A DNA stretch of 64,000 nucleotides from Octopus bimaculoides (lineage: Eukaryota). Both the position numbers and the translations under genes were made by a program. Shown one piece after another: positions 22,752-34,487 of the stretch. The stretch lies in contig NC_068987.1 in assembly GCF_001194135.2 (NCBI RefSeq), positions 3,287,008-3,351,007 of the forward strand, in the 5' to 3' direction. A model generated the notes under the pieces. That model ran no database searches. It worked only from the letters and a program-made list of their open reading frames with translations, and was not told where the DNA came from. Numbering within the stretch: position 1 is the first letter of the stretch; the number at the start of each line of letters is the position of its first letter.

Positions 22752-25700
22752 TTTTCCATAAACAAAAATTGTTTGAATGTTTAAGTAGTCATCAAGATTT
22801 AGGGAAAATTAGGGGCATTAGAATTTCAGCCCTTTTACAGTGAAGCTGTCATCAAAAAAAGGTTCTTATAGTTCTTCCGTAACGTAAATCACCAAAACTC
22901 TCAGGCACCCAACAAATTACGCTGCTCTAATGCAAGTCTTAGCAAGTTTATTTCAGAGTAATATAAACGTGTTACGGAAAAATGTTGCATACATACATTT
23001 GTACATATGTGCGTATATTATATATACACATATATATAACACTTATATATTTCAAATTTACATGCATATATATCTTTATCTTCATATGCATATATTAATA
23101 CATTTTTTTTTCTCCCAATCATTTTAGTTTTTTTTTTTTTCTCATCTTATACGGTATTTATTCTCACCATGTTTTATAGAATTTTTCTGGTGCAGAATTT
23201 ATATAACTGGATACACTTCCTGATATCAGGTCTTCAATGATAGACGAGAGATATCTTCCATTTAGTTGCCAATTGCAACACACTGGTTGGACAACCTTAC
23301 TATTCTAAACTGGTATCCATATATATATATACAAATGTTTATACATATATGAATATAGATATACAGACAGAGACACACATATATGTATATGTTTATATAC
23401 ATAGCAGATCAAAAATAGCATAACGTTCTAGTTTTGCTACCAAAGACAGCTTCCTCAACTTGCTTCTCAATCCAGCGTAACTGAATGAGGTAACAAAGTC
23501 TATAACAAATCATTCAAATTAATCCAGTAACATCAGTTATTCTGTAAGAGCACAGAAAATTTAACATGCCTGAGAGATGCTTTTTAATTACGTTTTCTTG
23601 GTTCTTTAGTTGGTGCAATATACATCTGAAATGAAACGAATGCATTTGTGTTAATGTTAGTAAATAAGGAGGAGGAGGAGGAGGNNNNNNNNNNNNNNNN
23701 NNNNNNNNNNNNNNNNNNNNNNNNNNNNNNNNNNNNNNNNNNNNNNNNNNNNNNNNNNNNNNNNNNNNNNNNNNNNNNNNNNNNNNNNNNNNNNNNNNNN
23801 NNNNNNNNNNNNNNNNNNNNNNNNNNNNNNNNNNNNNNNNNNNNNNNNNNNNNNNNNNNNNNNNNNNNNNNNNNNNNNNNNNNNNNNNNNNNNNNNNNNN
23901 NNNNNNNNNNNNNNNNNNNNNNNNNNNNNNNNNNNNNNNNNNNNNNNNNNNNNNNNNNNNNNNNNNNNNNNNNNNNNNNNNNNNNNNNNNNNNNNNNNNN
24001 NNNNNNNNNNNNNNNNNNNNNNNNNNNNNNNNNNNNNNNNNNNNNNNNNNNNNNNNNNNNNNNNNNNNNNNNNNNNNNNNNNNNNNNNNNNNNNNNNNNN
24101 NNNNNNNNNNNNNNNNNNNNNCCTGCAATGTTATTCTAAAAATAAACAGTGATGTCATTGAAACCTTGATGCTATGAGATAATCCTTTCTACTACAGGTA
24201 CAAGGCCTGAAATTTGGGGGAAGAGAGTAAGTCGATTACATCGACCCCGGTAGTCAGCTAGTACTTATTTTACCAACCCCAAAAGGATGAAATGCAAAGT
24301 CAACCTTGGCAGAATTTGAACTCAGAACATAGCTGCAGATGAAATACCACTAAGCCTTTTTGTCCCAGCGTGCTAATGATTCTTCCAGTTCTCTGCCTTG
24401 CTATGAGATAATGCAGGATTAATTCAAAACAGTATGAGTAATTAAGCATTAGATTTGACAGATTAGATTTGACAAGCATAAGAGAAATTAATAAGATAGT
24501 GTGCCATATTTGATGGCATAAAAGATGCATGGGTCTGTTAGATGGACCTCAATTTCAGCAGCACATGTGCAGGTAAAAAGATTTTAATGCATTAAAGATT
24601 CTGACATTGGACCAACTCAGTATATTATGGAAGGCCCTGGGGTGGTTTTTTGAGACTTTTTATTGGAAAAAAGGTACATCTTATAAGTCATCAAATAAAG
24701 GATGTTAAATGATGTTTTTCGCATGCCTAAAGCCTACCATAGTGCAGCTACTGCCTATCCGTGCCAAAACTACTCAGATCAAAATATATGCAATGATGCA
24801 GAAATTGTTCTTTAACTATTAATAAATTTATAAAATTGTTTCACTAGTTACATGTCATTTCAATACAGTCTTTTTTTTAAAAAAGGATGTGAGAAATATA
24901 ACAAAGAATATGGGAACCATGGAAATTTTCTCCTTCCCACCTTCCCTTTTGAATTTCTGTTAGTGAAATAAATTTGCAAATCAAAAGTATTGATTAAGAA
25001 TTCACAGAACAAGAATATTCATTGATGAGGCAATTATAGTAATAACCAGACACCCTTCTATGTTCAGTATCAATCATTAGTAAATAAAAGCAGTGTTGAG
25101 CTACAATTAAAAGGAGAGATTACCAAAGTACATGGCCTGAGATTGTTTAAACGATAGCTGTTTCACATTAGTAGTGCAGTCTGTTAATCCTAAAGCAATT
25201 TTACATAAACATAAATGTGACACACAGACACACATACACACCAGATTGAATCACATTATAATTATGTAAATTGATGTAAGCTTGTATACATCAATTTACA
25301 TATTATTTGAATATGAAATGTATGAAAACATTTAGTAAGAATTGAATTAAACATTTACTGCTGACGAAGCAAAGATACAAACTGTTAAAATTGTAATCAC
25401 ATTTGGAATTTTGAAGAAATGCTTTGAGTGTCACCATAAAAGAAATATACACAGAATATATTACATTTAACCATATTAGAGGCACTTAGGGAATCATGCA
25501 CAAAGATTGAAAACGTTAACAATAACAAAACGGGCTGATATAATCACTGCTTTACACAAAAGGGGCTTCGACTCAGCAACAGACCCAGATGGCTTCCCTA
25601 TAATTCTTCTAAAATCAGACAAATAAGCTGTAGCTAAACTACTTCTGTTACTTTTCCAAAGGTTCTTTGGCCCTGGTATGTTCTGCAAGACAATGACAAT

Positions 25701-25794
25701 AGATATTCTGTCCTCTTGATCAGAGAGGAATCAGGACAAATGCTACAAAACAACAGGCCTTTTAAACTGAATCACAGCTATGTCTTTAACTCTG

Positions 25795-26140
25795 TGTGTG
25801 TGTGTGTGTGTGTGTGGTGAAGGCACATAGTTATGTGGTTAGAGTATTTGGCTGATGGTCCTAAAGTCATGAGTTCAATTCCTGGGGGTGCATCATGTCC
25901 TTGAGCAAGATACTTTACTTCATGTTGCTCCAGTCCACTCAGCTGGCATGAATGGGTTGTACCTGTAATTAAAAGGGTTACCCTTGTCATGTTCTGTGTC
26001 ATGTTGAATCTCCCTGAGAACTACACTAAGGGTACGCGTGTCTGTGGAGTACTCAGCCACTTGCGCATTAATTTCACAAGCAAGCTGTTCCATTGATTGG
26101 CTCAAACTTGAAACCCTTGTCCCTGTGACCAACTGGGTCC
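25795..26140 (-). mobile_element. tRNA-derived SINE, family D (caagtggctgagtactccacagacacg core)
   Basis: Related copies at 13130-13210, 36500-36660 and 60735-61040. Confidence 0.7.
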
Positions 26141-27264
26141 CAGTTTTTATTTATGTTACGTATATATGTATGTAACTTCAAATGTGATGAAGAATTTCTG
26201 TTTGGATTCCTGAGACGATTGTCGTTATCTAAGCATATCAGACAAAATGGCTCAGAGGCATCTCCTCCGGCTCTTTACTTTCTGAGTTCAAATTCTGGGA
26301 TAAACTGTGCTTTTCATTCTGTGAGGGTTGGTAAAGTAAAACACCAGGTAAGCATGTGGTTGATGCAATCAACTAAGCTCCTCTTCAGAAATTGCTGGCC
26401 TTGAGCGAAAATTTGAAAGCACTGATCTATCATGGATGGTGCCCTCATCTGTTAGAATTTAATAATAAAGGATTCAAATTTTGGTACAAGGCCAGCAATT
26501 TCGGGGGAGGGGCCAAGTCGATTATATTGACCCCAGTGCATGACTGGTACTTATTCTATTGACCCTGAAAGAATGAAAGGAAAAGTTGGCCTCAGTGGAA
26601 TTTGAACTCAGAATATAAAGACAGATGAAATGCTGCATTTGTCTGGTGTGCTAATGGTTCTGCCAGAAAATAATAATAATGGTAATGACTAATGAGTGTA
26701 ATCTTCATAATTAAAAAATGTATGGTTATTAATGAAGTGGAGATAGATTGGGAGATGTAGATACATTAAAGCCTTGCTCAAGGGAAAGAGAACCTTATTT
26801 ATGTGTGGATTGAGAGGGAATGCATGCAGGGTGAATGCAGGAAATATTTTGACAAAAATAAAAAAATATTTATTTCGTTTTTTTTCTTTTTTACATGAGA
26901 AGGTGATAAGTGAGAGGCAAGACGAAATTGTTGCTTCTTTTAAAAATAGAAAATGAAATTCAAGAAAAATAAATTTCTTTCGTTTTATAAATATAAACTC
27001 TAATAAATGAAAATGAAACTGAGACATGAATAAAAAAGCAAAAAATTTCATTAATCACAACAATAATAAGGAATTATTTTAGAGTGATATCTCGTTTTNN
27101 NNNNNNNNNNNNNNNNNNNNNNNNNNNNNNNNNNNNNNNNNNNNNNNNNNNNNNNNNNNNNNNNNNNNNNNNNNNNNNNNNNNNNNNNNNNNNNNNNNNN
27201 NNNNNNNNNNNNNNNNNNNNNNNNNNNNNNNNNNNNNNNNNNNNNNNNNNNNNNTATATGTATA

Positions 27265-27299
<35 letters not shown>

Positions 27300-27497
27300 A
27301 TGTATATGTATGTGTGGCACGTAAAAAGCACCCACTACACTCTCGGAATGGTTGGCATTAGGAAGGGCATCCAGCTGTAGAAATTCTGCCAGATCAGATT
27401 GGAGTCTGGTGAAGCCATCTGGTTCGCCAGTCCCCAGTCAAATCGTCCAACCCATGCTAGCATGGAAAGTGGACATTAAACGATGATGATGATGATG

Positions 27498-27537
<40 letters not shown>

Positions 27538-27909
27538 GTACACATATATATTTGAACTAAGAACCTTATTAAAGTCGATAACATTCAGTCCAGTAGCCAA
27601 TGAGACAAGTACATTCATCAGAAGTTGAGTGAATATGAGCTTTATTTTTATTAGTTTCTTGTTCAAATGTGGATCCTCAAGTAGTTTGCCATCCAGTCAT
27701 ATGGAAATGTTATATGTACGATGGGGTGCTGAAAAGTTACTGGAGAATCAATTCATTATTATTTTAATCAAAATATTCCCCTTTCAGATTCGCACACTTA
27801 TTGCAGCAGTCCTTCAGTTTTTCAAAGCTCTGTAAAAGAACTTGGAAGGTTGGACATCTAACTAGGCTTTTGCGATACCTTTAAAGCCAGGAACTTTTCA
27901 ACACTCAAT

Positions 27910-27948
<39 letters not shown>

Positions 27949-28345
27949 ACTTTAGAAAGACCTTCAACAATTATGTTGCATCATCTTGGTGTAGTTGAAA
28001 GACTTGAAAAGTGACTGAATGACTTGTTTAAGAGTCATAAGAGAAGTTCTTGCAGCCAACAGTGGTTATTTGGAAGATTCTTTCATAAAGAATAAAAAGT
28101 CAGTAGATTTTGATGGCAAAATGAAATGCAATAAAAACTAATTCCAGTTACTTCACAGAGATGAAGGAGAACAATTTTTACAGATTCTATCTTATATAAA
28201 TTTTACAGAATTCAAATTGTTCAATTGAATTCTGAGATGTATTTTAGAGAATAAAGTTTACATAATAGTTTATACAATTCCATGATTTATTTTTAAATGA
28301 TATAAAGATGTATTTGAAGATTGTATAATCACAAAATTAACTCAC

Positions 28346-28483
28346 AATTCTGGGTTACATTGGCTAGGAATTTCAAGACGTTTATCAGACATGAGATGGT
28401 CGAGCAGTTCTTGCCGACTCATTTCACCATAAGGTACTCCTCCAACAGTAATTATTTCCCAAAGTAACACACCATAAGACCAT
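28346..28483 (-). CDS. Kinase exon 6 (138 nt, phase 2-2): WSYGVLLWEIITVGGVPYGEMSRQELLDHLMSDKRLEIPSQCNPE(L)
   Basis: Subdomain IX-X motif WSYGVLLWEI; atttcag|A acceptor, TT|gtgagt donor. Confidence 0.94.
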
Positions 28484-28865
28484 CTGAAATTATAAAGCAA
28501 CAGTTAGTATTATTCTTTGACAACTTTTTACAAGTAAATTATTATCATGAAATATTATTGTAGTAAACAGAAAAATAAAGACATTTTAAGAGTAAATTTA
28601 ATCTAAGTTGGATATAAAAATTTATGTCGTTTTTGATTCTGGACCAAATGACCTGTGAGATTTATGACATTGCAGTCATGTTTCAGATCTTTGTGATATC
28701 TTTGAATGGCTAACAGACTTGGTTATTTATAGTTGAGTTTCATGGACACAGTGTGCAACTGGAGACAGAATATGAACCATTGACCATTGGAATACTTGAA
28801 GTGAGAGTATTATTATTTTTATTATTATTAGTTTGTCTATTGTTGACAATGACAAAGGACATTAT

Positions 28866-29132
28866 TTGGGAGAAGACGAAGGGCCACAGTGTGTCCAGCT
28901 GTGGCCAATCAGTCCAATGCTTTCTGAGAAGGCTCTGCCACAGGTCCAGGCACTGGTGGTCTGTTGGGACTGAAAGCAAGGAGCTGGCTCTGGACTTGCA
29001 TAGTCCATGTTTTCTTTGTGCCCCTGCAATCCCATTCTGCTCATAAGAGATGGTGCCTCTATTGCTGCAGCTTCAGTGGTCTTGTGCTTGCATTTCCCAG
29101 GTGCCACTGTTGATCTCAAAGCTCTTCAGGGA
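28866..29132 (-). mobile_element. RTE-clade LINE 3' fragment (C-terminal zinc-finger region)
   Basis: EAAAIEA...WTCGRAFSESIGLIGHSWTH matches the RTE/BovB-type CxxCxRxFxxxIGLxxHxRxH end. Confidence 0.75.
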
Positions 29133-29308
29133 GGCTTGGAGTAAATGAGAGTAATAAGCAGTAATCAGTGGGTTCAAAGTTATTGCCTCCTTAAAAAACA
29201 GGACACAGTATCATGGGCAACCTTTTCGAGAAGCAGACTGCATGAAACAGGGCTCAACATCAGGCAAGCCACACTACTAAAACAATCAAGTAACTTTCCG
29301 TTAGTCAT

Positions 29309-29536
29309 GTCATTCAGAGAGTCATTCAGAGAGTCATTCAGAGAGTCATTCAGTGAGTCATTCAGTGAGTTATTCAGTGAGTCATTCAGAGAGTCATTCA
29401 GTGAGTCGTTCAGTGAGTCGTTCAGAGAGTCATTCAGAGAGTCATTCAGTGAGTCATTCAGAGAGTCATTCAGTGAGTCGTTCAGTGAGTTGTTCAGAGA
29501 GTCATTCAGAGAGTCATTCAGAGAGTCATTCAGAGA
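29309..29536. repeat. 12-bp VNTR, 19 units of GTCATTCAG(A/T)GA
   Basis: Units counted directly; three TGAGTCA junction motifs. Confidence 0.95.
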
Positions 29537-29636
29537 GTCCTGCAGGTCAAAGTTGATTTATGCTAACTCAGTTTATTTAATAATTTTAACATATTAAGAA
29601 ATTTAGAATTATATACATATTAAAGTTTTAACTTAC

Positions 29637-29701
29637 AAATCACTCATAGTACTTGTCCAACCTGTTTTCAGTGTTTCAATTGCTTGCCACTTATATTCGT
29701 C
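29637..29701 (-). CDS. Kinase exon 5 (65 nt, phase 0-2): DEYKWQAIETLKTGWTSTMSD(L)
   Basis: KWQAIETL matches Tie/RET KWMAIESL; tgtttcag|GAC acceptor, TT|gtaagt donor. Confidence 0.9.
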
Positions 29702-30169
29702 CTGAAACAAAACAATCAATAAATGAAAAACAATTTCTCCCAGATCAACATTTTGTTTTTAGGTATAAAAAAAATTTGCGAATTTTCAAAATATTTAATC
29801 TGAACTGATAATCCAGTATAAACAAAAGATAATCTCATTAACCTGAAAAGAGAAGGAAAATGAAGGTGGGGTCCACTGTTTGTATCCTCTCTTATATTCA
29901 CCAACTTGTTAAACGATGATGATGATCATGATGATGATGATGATGATGATGATGATCCCTTCATCAGAGACAATGTGAGAAAATGATTAAGCAATAGTTA
30001 ATTTAGATAAGATACGAAATAGAGAGTAAAGTGGAGGAATGAAAATAGATGTGAGATATGCAGGGATATTGCATTTGTAGATCCATTATTTAGGCAGAAT
30101 GGTATACATATAAGATTCCTATACCATTTTCTTTTTCTTTTTGAATAATTAGGCCATTTTTTCTGGAAC

Positions 30170-30487
30170 AAAAAGCAAATTTGCACAATTTTCTTATTCC
30201 AGTTCAAGCTAGGCCGTAAAGCTGCTGAAACAGCTCGCAATATCAACGATGCATTTGGCCCAGGAACCACTAATGAACGTACAGCACAATGGTGGTTCAA
30301 GAAATTTTGTAGTGGTGACGAGAGTCTTGAAGATGATAAGTGTAGAGGTCGGCCATCAGATGTTTACAATGATCAACTAAGAGCCTTAGTCGAAGCCAAT
30401 CCATGCACAACTGTTCGAGAGCTTGCTTCTGAATTAGACGTCATGTATACGACAATTTCCAATCACTTGAAAGAGATTGGAAAAAAA
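30170..30487 (+). mobile_element. Mariner (cecropia/Hsmar1-like) transposase N-terminal fragment
   Basis: KKQICTIFLFQFKLGRKAAETARNINDAFGPGTTNERTAQWWFKKFCSGDESLEDDKCRGRPSDVYNDQLRALVEANPCTTVRELASELDVMYTTISNHLKEIGK, stop-free but truncated. Confidence 0.92.
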
Positions 30488-30797
30488 TATGTGCATCTGA
30501 ATTTAAAGGTTAAAAACCGTAAGAACTTTCTTGACAACCTAATAGATAAACCAAGGCTTATATTTTTTTAAGAAAAATAAGAAAATGGAGAAACATCAAT
30601 TAATAAGTATATTTGTTAACTAAAAAAATAAACATGATCTCTAACAGCTGTTATGATTCATACTTTAAAGATTATAATTGTATTAATTAAATCATTTTAT
30701 AAAGCAGAATATCCTCTGAGGCAGAAAAAAAAATTATACCAGTGTATTATTAGTTGTTAATTACATGGAACATTAACAGCAAATAATATATACATAC

Positions 30798-30896
30798 CTT
30801 CATTACGGCTGGTTTTGTGAAACCAAAACCTCCAATTTTGGCACGTAATATCTCATCAAGGTATATGTTCTGTGCACATAAATTACCATGGATTGT
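30798..30896 (-). CDS. Kinase exon 4 (99 nt, phase 0-0), catalytic loop and DFG region: TIHGNLCAQNIYLDEILRAKIGGFGFTKPAVMK
   Basis: Aligns to IHRDLAARNxLV...KIxDFGL with HRD>HGN and DFG>GFG; ttccag|ACA acceptor, AAG|gtatgt donor. Confidence 0.93.
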
Positions 30897-31051
30897 CTGG
30901 AAATGAAAATACTTAGCATGAATATGAAACCCAGAGGAGAGTAACATCACAAACAGACACGGAAATGACAGTGCTCAATAGCTGTAGTTACTGAGTCAGT
31001 TGGGAAGATGTGAACAAGATCTCAAACCTCTGGCATGCTGTAATGAGTCTG

Positions 31052-31210
31052 GGACATTTACCCCCTAGGGACAATAACCCACCAAGGACAATTACCCCCG
31101 AGGACAACAGATGATGATTTAAAACTTCTTAATATATTGGAGAGGGGGTAATTAACCAAGGGGGATAGTTGTTGTTGGGGGTAGTTGTTGTTGGGGGTAA
31201 TTGTCCTGAT
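31052..31210. mobile_element. Small fold-back/MITE-like element with inverted arrays of GGACAATTACCCCC
   Basis: ggacatttacccc, ggacaataaccc and ggacaattacccc on the left; gggggtaattgtcc-type units on the right. Confidence 0.55.
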
Positions 31211-33267
31211 ATGGTTGTAATATCTCTCGTAAGATCCTAAACTGCTGAGATACTGATGCAAGGCAATCAATAGTTTTGATTTTGCGGTCCATCATCAAAG
31301 AATCCCACCCACCCAAAACCATGGTCATGCTATTGTTTCTTGCTAATTTTCAAATACTTTACATAAGATACAAACTTGTTACCAGTTCAAAATATGCTTG
31401 AGACATATTTGAACCATCCACAAAATAGCCATCCACTGTATTTTGTCACAGATAACATTTCTCAACATAGACAAATAGGAGTAAAAACACTGGGTCAGTT
31501 CACAGTGCTTGCAACCCCTGTATTTTACACAAGATACACGTCCGGGCTTATAAACATGGTCTCTAGATGGTTCTTACCAGTAACTGTCTATGCTTAGAGG
31601 CATTTGTTCAAGAAGTCCACAGAGAAAACTTGGGCTAACATTGATTTGTATTATGAAAGCGGCAAGAATTGATCTGAATATAATTACAACTAGTTCAATA
31701 GCAACATGCTGTCTCTTGTGTTGGATGTAAAATATATTGACAAAATGGTTCTTCATCATAATTACTCTGCTGTCGATTATTTACAGCATAACCTTTGTCA
31801 CACATTGTTATAGGGACAGACTGTGCACTGCACTATGGCAAGGTACCCAGCAGCATCTACTGAAATATTAAAAAAGCCTTGGAATCTCTCCTTAACCCTT
31901 TCCTGTTTAGACTGGCCAAAATTTTCTACCAGTTTTATGTTCAAACTAGCTAGATCCAATGTTTCACACCTACCCTACAATGTCATTCTAAAACTAGACT
32001 TACATAATTTATTGTATAGTGAAATTGTACACCCTCCCAGTAAAAATTGGTAGTAGTCAGCCATTATAAATAAACCAGTAGCCAGTTGTCAAGAGAAGGT
32101 TGAGAAGGTCGAGAGTATGTGTGGACTGTGTTGATAGTTGTGTCTGTGCTGATATAGTAATCATACTGTGATATTGAATGGACGTTATAAACGATCCAAC
32201 CTTTTGAGGATAATAACACTGTAGGACTGGGGGTCATACAGTGCCAGATAAAAACATTCTATTGACGACTTTAGAATATAACAATCTCTGTCAGAGCGAC
32301 AACCATCGTCAAAAGACAGATACAAAAGTGGCAAAAAGAGCTCTTTACAACATAATTGAAATCTTGAAGCTACGAGATGATGCACAATTAATTTAAAACA
32401 ATGTGGATAAATAAACATTATATTTGACATAGTAACTGGAATGTGAAAGGGTTAACGCTACACCAATACTCGTCAATAATTGGTCGTTATTAATGACTGA
32501 TGTACCATTTAAACCTAGCTATTAGGTACGGTATTATTGCTCACTATGAAGACAGTCAATGGCTGCAGCTTTCAGCTCTCAATAAACTTCTTAATTATAT
32601 TTCTCTGTAGAAACTATCCATATCAATTATCTCAAAGATAATAGATTACCAATCCTAATATCTTATGATATTTTTGGAGAATTCTGTGGTGGTTATTTTA
32701 CTGCTAGAAAATTACATTTTCTCATTCAACAATGCAGAAACAAGCTACACATTTTCAGTAATCAAAAGAAGAACCATTCTATTTTTTTTTTTTTATATAT
32801 GAATTAGAGTGATTACTGAGATGGCAATATTGACTGGGTCGTATCTCCCTGGAGCAAATCAGTTTTGTCAAATTCCATTAGTTCTAGAAGTTTAGATATT
32901 GAAAAGTAGAGAAAAAACAAACAGTAATAACAAAAGAAAGAAGACAATAAAAATATATGCATTTGTGGTAGTATTTTAACAAAACCAAGGTACCTAAAAC
33001 CTATTTTGAAGTGGTGGGCATTAGGAAGGGCATCTAGCTGAAGAAACCACAGCGAAACAGACATTGGAACTTGGAGCAGTCCTTTGACTTGCCAACTCCT
33101 GTCAAACCATCCAACCCATGCCAGCATAGAAAACGGGCATTAAATGACAACACATAATGATGATGATGATAATGATGATGATAATGATGATATCTATAAT
33201 ATTTCAAACTAACTAAAGAACATGTTAGTATAAAAAAATAGGTGCAAACAATAAATTTATTAAATAC

Positions 33268-33440
33268 CTGATGATTAGAAAGATATAGCAAGCCACAGGC
33301 AATTTCAGCGGCAATATATAGCAATTTCACTTGGAAGAAAACCAAAACGTTGGGTTCTTTGTCTGTTCCTTTACGCATCTTTAACAAGTAAGATCTTAAA
33401 TCTCCACTTTCAGCATAATCCAGGGCAATGTAATGCCGGT
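33268..33440 (-). CDS. Kinase exon 3 (173 nt, phase 1-0): DRHYIALDYAESGDLRSYLLKMRKGTDKEPNVLVFFQVKLLYIAAEIACGLLYLSNHQ
   Basis: Hinge YIALDYAESGDLRSYL and alphaE IACGLLYL; catcag|AC acceptor, CAG|gtattt donor. Confidence 0.93.
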
Positions 33441-33649
33441 CTGATGAATATTAGGAATGGTAAAATGCATAAACAAGTCATGAATTTTAAACAGTAACAA
33501 TAGATAATGAATAAAAGTGATTACATGTAAAATAAACATCATACTTGTATCATAAAAGAAAACTTTTCCATATCTACTTTTATTATTATTATCACCATTA
33601 TTATTATTATCTATTATTATTATTATTATTGTTATCATCATCATCATGA

Positions 33650-33958
33650 TAGCACGTAGAAAGCACCATTGGTGTGTGGCCCATGCCAGTGGTGCCTGAC
33701 TGGCACCCGTGCCGGTGGCATGTAAAAAGCACCATTGGAGTGTGACCGATGCCAGTACCACCTGACTGGCACCCGTGCCATATATTCATCACGTAAAAAG
33801 CACCCCCTATACTCTTGGAGTGGTTGGCATTAGGAAGGGCATCCATCTGTAGAAACCTTGCCAAATCAGATTCAAGCTTGGTGCAGCTTCCTGCTTGCCG
33901 TCCAACACATGCCAGCATGGAAAGCGGACGTTAAACGACGACGACAATGATGATGATG

Positions 33959-33960
<2 letters not shown>
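33650..33960 (+). mobile_element. Family C retroposon with internal approx. 65-bp tandem units and (GAT)n tail
   Basis: gcacc...gatgccagtgg/accacctgactggcacccgtgcc units, then ggttggcattaggaagggcatcc tail. Confidence 0.8.
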
Positions 33961-34007
<47 letters not shown>

Positions 34008-34013
<6 letters not shown>

Positions 34014-34330
34014 TCACTGCCTGGAATCGAACTCGGAATCTTGGGGTTAGTAGCCCGCGCTCTTAACCACTATGCCATATGCCCCAAGATTCCAAGTTCA
34101 ATTCCAGGCAGTGGCCTGAATAATATTAATAACAACAACAGCAACAGCAGCAACAACAACAACAAATACCTTAAGAATGAAAACCCAGGTTCGAAATTTC
34201 CCCAAGACACCTGATGAAGGCTGGAGGGTATATCAACCGAAAAGTTGTGTTAACAACAAATAAGAGGAGGACAAGTATCCGTCAAATGTAAATAATGTAC
34301 ATAATTCTTCATCTCTCAAATATAGAACTG
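34008..34330. mobile_element. Head-to-head fold-back copy of the tRNA-head/Penelope-tail composite, with degenerate hammerhead (34206-34251, +)
   Basis: 34008-34046 is the reverse complement of 34082-34120; tail matches 6258-6395. Confidence 0.78.
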
Positions 34331-34376
34331 TATAATTTTAAAGTATCTGAAAATAAAATAAAATAGAATTACAAAC

Positions 34377-34487
34377 CATTAGCTACAGCATCAGTTATAA
34401 AACTGAGGATGTTAGGATGCTGCCCAAGCGCTTCGGCCATAGCTTTTGCTTCCTTTAAATCTCCTCTTTCGTCATCGGATAAACCAT
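34377..34487 (-). CDS. Kinase exon 2 (111 nt, phase 1-1), alphaC-beta4: DGLSDDERGDLKEAKAMAEALGQHPNILSFITDAVAN
   Basis: LGQHPNIL matches RTK LGxHPNII; ttttacag|AT acceptor, G|gtttgt donor. Confidence 0.9.

Noticed and set aside
25265-25300. 14-bp-arm palindrome TGTAAATTGATGTA...TACATCAATTTACA
   Set aside because: Short and very AT-rich; not distinguishable from background without a copy search
28030-28090. HCWLQE on the minus strand as the missing kinase CW exon
   Set aside because: Wrong phase, early stop, no RPxF, poor acceptor; looks like repeat-derived sequence
29145-29597. 150-aa ORF with (SFRE/SFSE)n repeats
   Set aside because: It is the 12-bp VNTR read in frame, antisense within an intron of the receptor; no independent gene evidence
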